Assembly (NCBI RefSeq): GCF_001949145.1
Contig: NW_019091361.1
Location: 4,016,148-4,080,147 of the forward strand
Origin: Acanthaster planci
Taxonomy: Eukaryota
Direction: 5' to 3'
DNA length: 64,000 bases
Position numbers and translations under genes: made by a program. Numbering within the stretch: the stretch's first letter is position 1; every line of letters begins with the position of its first letter. Below are positions 1 through 14,700 of the stretch, one piece after another. The notes beneath the pieces were generated by a model. That model searched no databases and was not told where the DNA came from. It worked only from the letters and a program-made list of their open reading frames with translations.

Positions 1-1480
1 ATGCGTTGATGCCCCAATTTGTCCAGATGGGATATCATCTTCAGGTTGCATACTAGATGTCGCTCTGCCTGCTCCATTTGGTCCTCCCGAGCCTGCAGCA
101 GTCCTGAAGATCTGCCCTTGAGGCAGAGATCTGCCCACATCGTCTCGTCTGCGCATCTCAAGCAGAAAATGGCTGGGATGTTGTCCATCACAAGACACGG
201 GCTGTCCCTTGTGGCCTACTTGCAATATATCCCTCTCCCCCACACAAGCCTCGCCTTCGGATCGCCGGCTTGTCCTCAGTTGGAGATGATGGTGGATTGG
301 AAGGGGGGAGGGAGGTAGAAATAGCGCGAGAGCCTTCGTGCAGAGGGTTACAATTTCCTTGCAAGGTCTTGGTCATTACTGTCTCAATACATCCAGTTGT
401 GTCATCAGGCAGTTTATTTTTAATGGCAGGTGCTTGTTGAAATAAATAGACTACTGCTTACATTGTCTGTGGCTATTGTACATGTACATGGGTACACTTG
501 TGCACACGATATGTGTGCAGACTAGTACCAATATTGCTCTTGGACAAATGCATTTATTTCAAATATAGTAAACAATAAACAGAAATGGTTTCAAACAGTT
601 CTGTTAAGTGTTGGAAGTGCCTGGAAAATTGCTTTCTATCCCGTGCTACATGTATGTAAATTTGAAGCATTTTTTTGGGAGAATTCAGAAGTATTGAAAA
701 TGAAGTATGGAAACATTTTAAATTATAGGCAGGACATTGTGTCATTTTGTTGGTATTCTGGAATAGAAATTTACTTGGTCAGCTTTTTTGACTAATTGAC
801 AGAAAGAGAAAAAGAGCAGATTCATACAGTGTACTGAATCAATGCACCAGCAGCCTTCTGTAATGAATGACCTGTGAATTATCAGTTTAAAAGTACAGTG
901 CCTTGAAGTTGACAAATACTGTGCAGTGTTTTCAAACGAGCTTTGAACGGCTGGTACCGGTACAGTTCCGGTTTCTTACACAAAAGGCATCGTGGTTCAT
1001 TATGATGTACGTTTTAGAACAAATCTTGGCAGCAGTGCATGAAATCAGGCCCAACTACCGGTAGTTATCAGACGAAATGCATGAGCACAGTCATTTTTGT
1101 TTTGTCATTGTGAGCTTTTGATTGGACACCATGGTCCCTATCTAAGAACAAACACCCACAGTTGAGATGGTAAAAACTCCAACAGGATTTTGGCTTTTAT
1201 GTGGGACTTTAATCTTTACATTTCTTTCGGACGTTTTGTCTGACCACATTTGCTGCTTGGTCCTGTGGACAGCCACCAGAAGTGGTTGGAAAATGACCGA
1301 TGTCCAACTGTAATTTCATGCTCTAGTATTGAAAGGGTCTCCCTATTAATGCAAATCAGTATTCCAACTGAGGGTCATGCACGACCCATCACCCATTTAT
1401 GTTTTGGCCTTTATTTAAAACACTGTAGTCTCCTTGACTGTCACGCTCATGTCCTGTGTTTTATTTGTCTTTCCCTTCAG

Positions 1481-1846
1481 GGCACTGATCACGAGCTGCT
1501 GGTGTTGATGGGGGACGATGACGTATTGAGAGCGGTCGGTCGGAGAGACAAGCAGGTATTGGCGTTGCCACACAGAGCAGGTTTGCAGCCAGGCGGAAAG
1601 GATGGCACTTACGTGTATGCTGCAGCGCACTGGTCCACAGTGCACGGACACAAGGATTATAGCATTTCAGTAAATCTGACTTGCCGGCGCAGGACTGCAG
1701 TTTTAGCGGTGTGCTCGCTTGGAGGATCTGGTAATTGGATAACATGAAGATGTACAAGATTTGATTGTCTAACACAACAGCTAATGAGTGGTTCTTCAGT
1801 ACACCAAGGACTTGGCCCATTGTTGGGGCTTAATTAGAGGGCAATA
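1481..1846 (+). other. Probable 5' UTR part of the first coding exon of NCKX
   Basis: Strong acceptor TTTGTCTTTCCCTTCAG ending at 1480. The upstream non-coding exon(s) were not identified and may lie outside the window. Confidence 0.6.
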
Positions 1847-2719
1847 ATGGGAGCCAGAGTGTGGTGTCGTGCTTGGACCATCAGGCGAAGGTACAACAGC
1901 CTGCGCTTTGGCCTACTGGGAGGCATATTGGCCCTAGGATGCATGTTTACGTTATATTCTAAGTCATACCAGTTTGGTGTGGATGAGCAACATGAAGCAC
2001 CTGTACACGGGAAATTCATATCGGTTGAGTACCAGCACGCCAATCTCTGGGATACTTTGCCCAAAAGTTGGAGAACTCGACATCTGCTGGTGGTGAACCA
2101 AACAGATAATGGGACGGCCAGACCGCCGCCCACTAGTGCTGCGCCAAGGAGGGGGATTTATCCGCCGGATTTGTTCACCCCAGAGCAGCTGAGGAGAGGG
2201 GCAGTCATCCTCCACTGCCTGGGCATGGTGTACATGTTTGTCGCCCTGGCCATTGTGTGCGATGAGTTCTTTGTGCCCTCGCTCGGAGTCATCATCGAGA
2301 AGCTGCAGATATCGGACGATGTTGCTGGTGCCACATTCATGGCAGCGGGCGGGAGTGCCCCGGAGCTCTTCACGAGTCTCTTTGGAGTTTTCTTGGCCGA
2401 CAGTGACGTCGGCATTGGAACCATAGTTGGCTCGGCCGTGTTCAACATCCTTTTCGTCATCGGAATGTGTGCCGTTTTCAGCAAAACTCTTCTGAAACTC
2501 ACTTGGTGGCCTTTGTTTCGCGACGTAGTCTTCTACAGTTGCAGCCTCATTTTTTTACTGATCTTTTTCAGAGACGCTGATATCGAGTGGTATGAGTCGC
2601 TAGTGTTGTTCATAATGTATTTCTTGTATGTACTGTTTATGAAGTTCAATGTTCAAGTGGAACGATTTGTAAAGTCAAGATTGAGCCGGACAGTTAAGAC
2701 AATCAGTGTGGCAGAGCCG
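1847..2719 (+). CDS. SLC24A2: NCKX coding exon 1 (N-terminal TM/signal segment, first TM cluster, alpha-1 repeat)
   Basis: ATG at 1847; YPPDLFT...RRGAVILH...[14 protein letters not shown]...; donor CCG|GTAGGT at 2720. The ORF-track tail after 2719 is intron read-through. A large first coding exon is typical of NCKX1/2-type genes. Confidence 0.95.
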
Positions 2720-5700
2720 GTAGGTATAATTCTTGAATTCTTTCTTTTCACATTCTGTGTTCTTCAGCTTGGCAATGCAGACTATTTCTTGTTCCATACT
2801 AGTAGTTGTGGGGACATACATGCAGTCATGTACGTCCTTGTCCACTCGATATTTCACCTACATTTTGTGGGGACTGAAATTGTTATAAAGACAGAGAAAT
2901 AACTCAGTCCTAATTTACCCAACAAAAGAAATTATCCCCTTAACCCAACATGTACATGTACCAGTACATTACGTACCCATGTAATGTACATTCCGTAGGC
3001 ACAATCCATTTACATTGCACACCCACATGTACAGTGCACTGTTCTTTACATTTCACAGAATCATTATTTGCAAGGTACACGCACTGTTTCATTAGTAACC
3101 ATAATACACTGTGCTTAGCTCCTAGCATGTCTTTAACTACGTGTACATGTATGTTCACAATAGAAAGCATTTGCGGACTGAATTATGAGTCTGTCGGAAG
3201 TTATGAAATTATCCATGAAATCCATTTGTTCTGTACCGAGGTCTTGTGGAGCCCACTTCCGCACAATTTTTTTTTTCTCCTTTCCTTTGAGAAAGGGGAG
3301 AACAAAAATCCTTTGATCAGACATGTCAGAGAAGAATACTTTTGACGTCAGCGAATTAAACAGACTGCATTGTCAAGTCTTGAATAGAATGCAGATTCCA
3401 TTTGTGGCGGGCTCTGTATGCATTCACATTGAAACTTTTAAATTAATGGTGGAGAAGGACACAGGCGTCTCCTTGAATGTCTGGTGCATGCAGACATTTG
3501 TACTTGAACCCAGGATTATCCCTTCGGTCCCCTGCCCCCCCCAATAAATTTGACAAATGAAAGGTACAGTGTATAATTTACCAACATGTACCAGTGCATG
3601 TACATACATGTACATGTATATGTACGTCGATAGGTTTCCCCAGTTACATGCAAGTGGACACATACATGTACATGTACATGTAGTACATCAGATTTAATAC
3701 AAATACCGGTATGTGGACGTACATGTACGTGTACATACTGTACATGTACCTTTTTACATGTAGTACATGCACCGGTACCCGTGTACTGGTACTGTACATT
3801 GTACAAGTACCAGTTTTCCCCTTTATCTTGGAATTGCAATGGTACTGTATAGCTCGTATGCACAGTGAGGCGGTACATGTACAATGTGCCAGTACCCTTT
3901 TTCTGTGCAATTTATTTGAAAATTAAAAACAAAATTGATATTCCATTCCTGTCAGTGTGTGAAGAAAGAGGAGTCAAATCAACACATGTACTGTACCTGT
4001 ACAGTGTACATGTACATGCTACATGTACGGTACCGTACATGTACATGCAGCATTGAACTACATGTACATGTATGTGTGTACATGTACATGTACCAGTACG
4101 TGATTGACTTCCCTACACCTGTATCTGTTTAATTGGTTGTCCCACCTGGTAGAATGCAGTTGTCTCGCTTTTTTTCCCCGAAACTTTCACTGAGGATGGA
4201 TATGATACGTGTACATGAACCTACAAATGTACATGCACGCTACATTATGTAAAAATTGACCAAGATGACACAGAATAAATGTTCATAAATAATACCAAAT
4301 GAATACAAATTTTAAGCAATTTACTTAAATTTACATTCGTGGTTACGCTTTTAGCCAGGATTCATTAGGAAACTGACTGAGCAGAGCAAAAATGTGGCTC
4401 ATCCCGGTCTAGATGGAATAACTGGCTACAGGTTTTGCAGTCGCGGCCACACATGGTTGGGGCAGCGCACATGTACATGTACATGTGTCTATCTTGCATT
4501 TGTATTGTGGAAAATGTAAGGGATGTCAAGATACAGTGGACTACAGGCACATGAGCTTTCATATTTCATAAACTATAAACCATAGGTGTTAAAATGTGCC
4601 ATTGAGTGCTTGTTTGCTTCCTCTTGGAATTCCTTCAAAGTGCGAATAGTCTTACAGTAGGCCTACATGTACTGGTATATGGCATTAATGCTTAGAAACT
4701 CATGAATTTAATGAAAAAATTATAAAGTTGAAAGTTGATGTTTTAAGTTGTATTACCCTGTAGTACATGTACACATGTATGTACTGAGCACTCCTGTAAT
4801 GTACATGTACTTGCAATGTGTAAGAAGTGAAGGGAATGATGGGTAGGGGTGGAGTAAGAAGTGAAGGGAATGATGGGGAGGGGGCGGAGTAGGAGATGGA
4901 TAGGATGATGGGAAGGGGGTGGAGTAGGAAATGGATAGGATGATGGGGAGGGGACAGNNNNNNNNNNNNNNNNNNNNNNNNNNNNNNNNNNNNNNNNNNN
5001 NNNNNNNNNNNNNNNNNNNNNNNNNNNNNNNNNNNNNNNNNNNNGATGATGGGGAGGGGCCAGAGTAGGAGATGGATAGGATGATGGGGAGGGGGTGGAG
5101 TAGGAGATGGATAGGATGATGGGGAGGGGGCAGAGTAAGAGACGGACAAGATGATGGAGGGATTGAGTCAAAGTAGACATGATAGGAATGGGATGTGGCA
5201 TGATGGAGGGTAGAAGTTTAGAGGATAGGATGATGGAGGTTGGATACAAAGTGCAAAACTTTACTTAAGAGGATTTTTTGCACCATCCATCAAACTCACA
5301 GATGTACTGCTTATATATATATATTGTCATCCAGGTCTAGTCTGACTGTACTGGACCCACATTCTTTAGGCATTCCTCTCTCCTGTGAAGAACTGTGAAG
5401 CCTTTGTACCCATATCTCCCTTGTTGGTGGTCTGTGTTGATTTACTTTTGAAGGACAGGTGCCCTTCAACACACAGTCTGCACACAGCACTAACTAGGTT
5501 TTTTCTCCTAGAGTATAATGAATTTTATCGCTAAGGTCGATAAAATACCTTGTACATCTGTATTGCAGTCGTATGCCAACCAATCTTGTAAAAAAATGGA
5601 TGAAGCTTGGTTAGTACATGTATACACCTGTAATTTAGTAACCATATTTGTATAACTTGGATATCTCGTAACATACATGTAAGCTGTTGTTACAGGAAAG

Positions 5701-8700
5701 AAATTAAAATTCATGACAAGCAGCGAGCCATGACGGCTTTGCCGTTCTAGTTTTGTATTGGCCAGCATTGATGATGTGCAGTACCAAGGAAGTGGACAAG
5801 TGGTCAGACTCTGCAAAAAAAAAGAATTTTTTTTGAACTCAGCAGTTATGAGAAAGAAATACCGGTAAGACAAGCAAAGTTCTATAAAATGTTCCAAGGA
5901 TCGCGACACCATTACAACATGAACAGTGAATGTGTGCATTGGCTGGTTCGAGTTGATTATACCCACAATGTACCGTATTATTAATAAATGTCTGACAATT
6001 TCAAGGGTTGCGGAAAAGACTTTACAGTCCGTCTTGAGCCACTTCCCGGATTTTATCCTGGAAAGGTTTTTACATGTAACTAGACTGTATATACATGTTC
6101 ATACATGTACACATGTACATGTTTTGCAACTACGTGCAGACAAACACAAAAAATGAAATTGAAACGATGTTAATAGAATAGCACAAGGATCAGGATAAGG
6201 ATGTATCAATACGGAAATTAAAACATAAAATGGACATGATAACACCCACTGACCTACATTGTATAAAAGTAAGGAAACCAGAAATGTTGAGTAAAAAGAT
6301 ACAATGTATAACTTGTATAACTTACACGTAACAACAAATATGTACAATGTACATGTACATGTACGCATGTACAATGTACTGTACATGTATGATTGGCTAG
6401 TTGCATGCTTAGATCATGAAGTGTTACAATGAGAAAAGTAAAAGCTAGCTAGAAAATTTAACATAAACAATGATCAAGCTGTAAAACTGTACACTAAAAA
6501 CAGTGTACAATTTTGGGACAAGTCTAATTTCTTTTAACCTTGAAGATCTTAGATTTGACTGGAATTTATAAGCACACTCAAACTTGCAGACTTGCTGAGG
6601 TTTGAGAACTTGAATAGTATCTTACCGATAACATCTGTGATTGATTCTCAACCAATACAAAATTGCAATCAATGCACAACATGTGCAAGTACATTCACAT
6701 ATGTAGGACTAATGTATGTGTACGTGTACATACAATGTACATGTACATGGTACAGTGTAAATGTACATGTATACATTTTGTCATTAAGAAGTTGTGGAAG
6801 GCGCTCTTGATCGTCATAGTTTTGGTTGTAAACAATTTTGCCCGTTTCATTGTGTGCATCACCATGTGGTCTTACAGTGCCAGGAATTGACCCAGTTTTT
6901 CTAACTGAAAAACAAGGGCACAGAGACGCTCCTCCTTGCTCTTGTAATGCTTGTCGAGATTAAGACCAAATTACCGCACATGTACAGCCTGACCACCATT
7001 TCTTGAAGAGAGCTCCTGTGATTATGCAAACGGTGTATTCCATCTGGAAAAAAAAAAAAAAAACAAGATGCCTGCCAGCAAATAGGGCGTCAGTGTTATG
7101 CCATCACGTATTCTCGGGTAAACATCGCCTTCCGATCACATCGTCTTGATTCTGAGTTTATGCTCCCCTCATCCCCCTCCCCCCAGGGAGAAAAAAAGTG
7201 TCTGACGCCAAAACAGTTGACTTTTCACTTGGGCTGTGCAATATTGCCAGGTTGCTGGTGAGCAGCTTGATCTGTCCTTTGGGCTACAACAAGACAGTGA
7301 TCGAATGTGGGTTTTGAACTCCTGAATCTCAGACTGTAATGCATGAGTACATGTATTGACTACCTTTGCCCAAGATAGTGTGCTGGACTGTCCGGGGAGG
7401 GGGGGTATATTAACCAGGCTTTGACTGAGCATGGAAGTGACCCAATTAAGGCATCCTAATTTTAGGTCAGCTACTGGTATAGTATGTGTACAGCTTGTAG
7501 AAGGATCAAGGAAATACTGCATGTACATGTACATGTAGTACAAATAGGTACTGGTATGAAAGAAGCAAGAGGGAATAGTCTCACCTCCATAAATTTCAAA
7601 CATGTCCACCCCCACAATAGGCCTTTCTGCAGAAATTCTGTGAACAGGTTTTGGGGTTTGCTCCCATTTATGGTACCTGTACATGTACATGTACCTTGTT
7701 CGAAATGTCTGAATGAGTAACATGTACATGTATCAAGTACCGGTATGTAGCGGTCCATGTACTGTACATGTACCATACCGGTACGGTACATGTAACGTAT
7801 ATGTATGTACAACATGTACATCATGGAAGTCTAATTTTGCCAACTGTTCACAGTACACTTGAACCTTGTTAATAAGAGCACTTTTAAAACAGCATTCTGC
7901 TTGTACATGTAACAGTTACGAATACAGCGCAATGCTTTGTCGGTGATTGCTTTTATTCCTGGTAAAGTTCCTGTTACAACAAGGTAATCTGCAAAGTCCG
8001 AGATCAAGACCTCTTATTAACATGGTTCGACTGTACATGGTATTGAGGACAAACATCTGTGCCAAAAAAAGGATGCCAAATAGAGCTCACTTGTCAACAA
8101 TTTGTGCAACTTATGTGTACTTGTAATAAGCTCTTCCTAGGCCATAATATATACGGGTATGTGGATGTGACAACAACTCAGTGATACGTTAATTGAGTCC
8201 AGGAATCCACCTTTGTTAATGCACTGTTAGTGCCAGTTCTATCGTCTTCCATCAATTCATTTCCTCTAATGCATATTAATCATCCAAACACATTTGAATG
8301 CATCAACTTTGCTGCTGAGTGCATGGGAACATGTGCACCTACATGTACATGTACAGTTTCCATTCTGAGTGGCCTTCCTCAGTGCCTGATCTTTAATAGT
8401 GCAATCAATTACTGTTGAAATTTGACATCCAGAAAGTGCATAGGACTGGTTATAAAAAGGTTCAGTGATCAAAGGATGACATACAGTATGGTACTACCAT
8501 ACACATACACTGTCCATGTAGGTCTTTTAAAGGGCTGAGACAGTTTAAATAATGAAGTACAATTTCCTGATAAAATCAGGAAAAATATTCATACCAGTGT
8601 ATAATATTCATACTGTAACTTTTAAAAATTTAGCAAATGCAGAAACAACAGCTTGCGTTTTCTCTTTAAAATTTCTTCTTTAAATGTCCAGATTGTTGCG

Positions 8701-11700
8701 AATTTGCCATTTTGTGAAGACAGAAGCCAGCTTCATTCGTGTTAAAGTTGTCGACTATGGAATTAGGCTGTAAAAATGCCAGCAGGTGACGGATCAATAT
8801 GTGGGAACAGAAGTGAGAGTGAAATCATTTTGCGGCCTTTATTTAGCCCAAAGGACCATGGGAGGGGAGAATCCAGCACCACCCCCTTGACATTTTCTCT
8901 AGTCGTCCCAGTTCATTTTTCTCCTGCGCAATGATGCAGAGCCTTCACAAGTTCTTCAATAATGGCTTGTGGTCATGAATTCTGACACAAATTTTGTGAA
9001 AATCAGACAGACCGTATCGTTCTCATGCAAGAACGTCAAATGACCGTATCAAAACCACGTTGGATTAAATTGAAACCTCACAGTTATGCTACAGGTACAT
9101 GTATGTATGTAAGTGTCTTTACATGCAAGCCAATTTTCAGAAAGATTTGAGTACAAACACTGGTAAATGTAAGTTTGAAAGTTTTTTTTTGGGGGGGGGA
9201 GAAAATTGAGTGAAAATTGGTTGAATTGGTTGTGATTATCTTTGATGAAATAAAAACCCAAGCTACAATGTGCATGTGCCTGTAAGCATGCTTTAAAACC
9301 TGCAAATCCAAGTTCTGCTGTCTGCATTGTACAGGTACAAAATCTCTCATGGCTTAACTCATCCAAGAAGAGTTGGGAACAGTTAACCAGTACCTGTGAT
9401 TTGTCATCTGTCAAAAGGGATTTTGCTCGAGGTCACGCACACACAACAGTGCATGCAGCTCCTTGCATGATTTAATTAAAAATCCTTTTCCTTCCTTGGC
9501 AGTTGCCGGAAATGCACATTGTAAGGTCAACTCATATACAATGTACTGGTAGATCTGTTCCCCCTCCTTAATTCGTCCATATAAAGTTGGAATGGACATC
9601 AAAGGTTTGTACATGTACATGTATGTACATGTACATACAGTAGATCAGTCAGTGTACATGTACACACATTTATGTACATTTATGTGTTCCTTCCTCTACG
9701 ATTGTTCAAACTTCATGTTGAAATAATTGCGCACAGTTGTAGCAGCGGCATCGTTGCGAATTAATTGCTGATAATGTACACATGGTACGGTGCCATCTCA
9801 AGTGTAATTAAACTGGAGAAATTGTAGTGTGCATGCTTGTATGTACATGTACCGTGTTCATACTGGTTTTTTTTCCTCCCAGCCTGCCTCCTTTGTTTTC
9901 TCAGTGTTTTATTTTTGGTAGTATCTGGACTCTCGACTGTTCCTAATTACATGAATTAAGTGCTTGTGTACCGGTCCATACATACCGTACGTGCACATGT
10001 AGAAGTTTAAAACCTGTGCAAAGTTTATGGGGTGAAAGCTTGATCCTTCAGCAAAACAGTCATGTAAGAAAATCCAATGGCCATCTTGGAAAATCTTTCA
10101 TCTTTAAGAAAAAGAGGGCCCTCTCTCCTTAACCAGTTGTGGACGGATTCCACAACAAACGAATGTCCCTGATGCAGTCATGATTTTTCGGTGGAAAGTA
10201 ACGACTTCCATTCTGAAAAGGAAAGATATCCTTGTACTTGGATCAAAACAAAGTCCTTCATCATGTTAATTTTCAAACACTGAGACAGCATTGCTGGAGT
10301 GATATTTGCTTCACCGCCCAACTGTGGTGCATGGTTGAGAGCATTTCATGTACATGTAGCATGTTCAACCTTCACGATTTAGCCTTCATGTACTGTACAT
10401 GTACTACATACTCAACTTTAAGCCTAGGGTTGGTATACCGGTACATGTACATGTACACGTCATCCGATAGTGCATACAGATTTTGCTGTGATTAAAAATA
10501 ACCCTATGAGGCTGTAGGGGGAATTGGTTATATGAGGCTTTTGATTTAATTTTATTGCATTTGGCAGCTAGATTAAAGAAACACCTTTATAATTTGATTT
10601 CAAAGACATTGCACAAATTCAGTTTTAAGTACACAGTGTACATGTACATGTATGTACTTGTGTCTACCGAGCAAAGAACTCAAAATTGTCAGGCCAAAAC
10701 GAGTGCCTCTTCAGAAACCATGTACATTAAATTATAACCATATTGCACCGGTACCAGTCAACTTTTTACATCGTGTACATGTATGTTTAAAATGGATCCA
10801 TAACCGTTATATTGCTTGCCAATTTGTGTTTTTTTTGGGGGGAGGACACATTGTACTGTATTATGTGCGTCCAATGTGCAGCTGTCCTGTACCTATAGTC
10901 AGGGAATTCAGTTTTTTAGCTGATTTCTGTTTTTTTTTGTTTAAATAATGACCCTAAATTTCAGCTTTTTTGTACACCTGGTCTGTACAAATGTACAGTA
11001 TGGGAACTTTTTACAAAAATGTACATTTCAGCTTTTTGCTAGCTGTTTTCAGCTTTAATTTGAAGTGGCTACTCACACCCCCATACATGTATACATGTAC
11101 ATGTACATGTAGTACATTGTACAAGTTAGCACTTGCGTGGGAAGAACCAGTAATGATGGTATACATGTTGTACATGTACCGTATACATACTGGTACATGT
11201 ACATTTATGCACAATGTGTGCCTTGATGGAGAAAGTAGGACATTGGCCTGTCTTTTTTCTTGGAGTGAGATGTCTACTTTTGAGGGTACTGGTATATAGA
11301 CCATAGAGAAAGGACACAGAGACTGACCTGCAGTAACCCAAGTTGGTCACTGACCAAAAGTCCCTATTTGTTTCCCCATAAAAGTCGGTCAGTGATTGCT
11401 GCCTCCAACTGGGCAGTGTGGCCTCCACACACTCCCATTGACAATGTATTAAACCATAGAGCTATTAAACTGTCAGTGCTGCTGAGTCAGGTAATCTATT
11501 TTGTAGTGATTGCCACATGAAACAAAGGATGTGCAAGCAGTGTTCAGTGCACAATGAAGTTTAATTGGAAGGCTTACATAACCTGTACATGTGGGGTATG
11601 CAATAAGGAACAGTTGACATGTACCGGTCTATCATGCACACATACATACATGTACATGTACTTGTAGCACGTGCAAAAGAAGTGTCTTTTCTTATCAATG

Positions 11701-14700
11701 TACTTGCTGTGCATGTACACATGTACATGTATGTACACGCTTCTGTACCATACATGTACATGTACATGTACTTTGATTTCAGTGCTTAATTGGTCAGCAC
11801 TTTTTCTCTCCCTGGCCCCTCCCCCGAAGGCCAGATATGGTTTCTACCGTAGTTCATTTCAATTCAGATATCATATCAATAGGTTGGGGTGGGGAGATTT
11901 TTGTCTCAAGAAGATTGTTGTTTTCCGACATGTCCGAGCATAGTCAGGATGATCATCAGGCGCAAAAAAAAAAACTCATGCCACAAATGGGTTGCGGATT
12001 GATTTGCAGTGCGGCAGACCCACTATCAACATTCATGCAGCGTCAGGCTGGCATTTCGATTTCGATTTTTCTCCCCGACGGCCCCCCTCAATTAATAAGG
12101 AGTGGCAGCTGTAATTTCTGTTCACACTTTCAGGGGAGGCCTATTATCCGCTCGCTGGAACATGGTTAGGATTGAGCCCCACTAAATTGATGAGGGGGCT
12201 GACTTTTTTTTTTTTCAATTTTCAGGCATCCATTTTTTCAAGGGGGAAGAAAGTGCATTTGGAATGTGTATGTAACAGAATGATGTACATGGAAAGCCAA
12301 AATGATACCAACAGAACTGTAATCGCTTCTACACTAACACACTAAACTTGTAGTCTTTCCTTTTTAATCCATTATAATGTGCTAGGGCAGACCTGCCAAC
12401 ATGCCGTACTCCTTCCTGAGGTCAGGCATTACCACAAATAGCTCTGATCATTTAAATACCGGTACCTTTTAATCTAATTTTTGTTTAAATTTTTGTGTGG
12501 CAATGCTTGACCTCAGGAAGGAGTACGGCCAGGTTGGCAGGTCTGCTAGGGAAAGATCTCTAGCTACCAGTACATGCGTACATGTACAATGTACATGTAC
12601 AATGTACATGTACATTGTACATGTACACTGGGAAAGTCTGGTTGATGTACATGTACATGTATGTTTTCTTTGCCTTCCAACTACATGTACATGTACATGT
12701 ATGTGTACATGTACATGTAGTTGTGAAATCCCTTGCATGCCGATGTGCAGATTAGCGTCTGGATCCCTGCATAATACATGTACTTGTTTCCTCCGGTAAT
12801 CCTGTGAATTTTCCTCGCATCTCCCAAACCGAAGATTTCTTGATTGTCCTCTTGCCTGGGGCTCCTGTGGAGAACAATTAATAACTGAGAGGGCTTCATG
12901 TGTACTCTGGGAGGTACGTGTACATGTTTAACGTGGAATTTAATCTGCAGGCCTACATGTACATGCATGTAAAAGACATGTATACAAGTAAAGTATGGTA
13001 CATGTACTTGTATGTTTCATGTGGTGGATTTGGGGTTTTTTGGCATTTATTTTCTGTTACAGGAGAAAATCATCATACTGTGATTTTTCTAAAACAGTTA
13101 ACAGGTGCATGTACATAAACATGCACACATGTATTGGCACACTCAACTCTTGCTATAACAAAGTATTACTTTGTTTTGACTTTGTTATAAAAGGAATGGA
13201 GGAACAAAGAAAACCAAAGGATGCAAGAAATTTGGAGTCTCAGAATTTGCTCTTCATACATGTATGACAGTATGCACTTTTGACAGATTTCTTCATATGG
13301 AGAGTTTTTCATCATACATGTACATGTACCAAATGTACAAGATGTGATAAACCACATTCAAACTTTCATGTTTGAATTAGGCCTCTTTCACGAAGACCAG
13401 CAATTGTCTATGTACAGTGTACATGTACATGTACAAGTATACCAGCATGTACATGTACAAGAGTACCAGTAGGTACATGTACATTTAGGCTACATATACA
13501 TGAATGTCTGAAGCAGCTCAGGGCTGGAGCAGTGGAGGCCATCAAGGTCCCTTGATCATCCCTCCCCCCAGCTTCTACATCCTTATGGCTTAATATGTTG
13601 CCAACACAAATCCAGGTTATCATAAGCATGGGTACAGTACCGGTATATCTCTCTCATTTTAACTTACAGTACATGTACATGTACTTAGTATGCGAAACCA
13701 TGCTCGATATGAGCTCTGCACACACGGCTATATTTGTGGCACCAATGCACCCGTCTTGGCTTTCTCAGGCATCGGTGTGCTCTACACTGTACACCTTACC
13801 CCCTGTGCACTTGTTCATTTGTAGGTTACTTTTGCCTTTTTATACATGTATATCAACATTCCTTTTGAAGTTCTGAAATCCCGAAATTGTTTTTTCCCCA
13901 CAAAACTAAAACTATACCTTTAATTGAGAGGGTCCTAACTTCTGCATGTACATGTATGTATGTGACATAAAACCTCAAGGAAATTGTGTTGCCATATTTT
14001 TTAGTTCACAGGAATTTTTTGTATGTACATGTACATTGTAAATGAGTGTCTTTTTGTACTTTTTATGGTTTGAAAAAATCTAGAACGTCATGTTGCTGAG
14101 TAAATCATTCAAATCTCATGTTAACATTCTACTTTCAAGCCTGCTGAATTCAGCAACGGTTAACCTCAAAGACCATATTTTCAATCCTCTCAAGGCCCCC
14201 CAAACGATCGTGGTTTGAACTAAAATTTCACTTTATTTAATTTTCGAACTGGCTTGATTTAAGACAAGTGACAGAGTGATAAAGGGTATCCGATTTACCC
14301 GAGCCCCGTTCTGCCCAAGTATTGATTGAACCTTAACAATGTGGAGGAGTCAGAGCTGCATGTACTTTCAGGCAGGGATTTATTAACGGTTTATGCAGGT
14401 GTTGCTTGGAACAAATCCTGAATGTTGCACATCTGTGCGTTAGAAAGCCTCATTTCATTCGGTGACAGATGTAGCAATCCGTTCCACTTGGCTTCGCCAC
14501 TGGAACATTCAAACCATTACTTCATGAAATTAGTCGCACCATTGCACTCATAAGCGATCGCTGTGGGATGACATTTTGACTAATTACAGTTGGTGCTTAA
14601 ACATATTCCTGAAATTGATCCCTAATTGAGGACAGCTGTTTGATGGTAGTATGCTACAATCCTGGACAAATCTTGCTGGAATATGTCCCCCCCCTCGCCC

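Noticed and set aside
1..320. Possible decayed RTE-type LINE 3' fragment on the minus strand
   Set aside because: Only vague resemblance (GRSSG...REDQ); no diagnostic motif; needs a profile search.
1745..1747. In-frame TGA as selenocysteine or readthrough extending NCKX
   Set aside because: A second stop (TAG 1835) follows in frame, and no SECIS was recognised.
2720..2902. C-terminal 60 aa of the 351-aa ORF
   Set aside because: Read-through past the GTAGGT donor at 2720; family similarity resumes at 20526.
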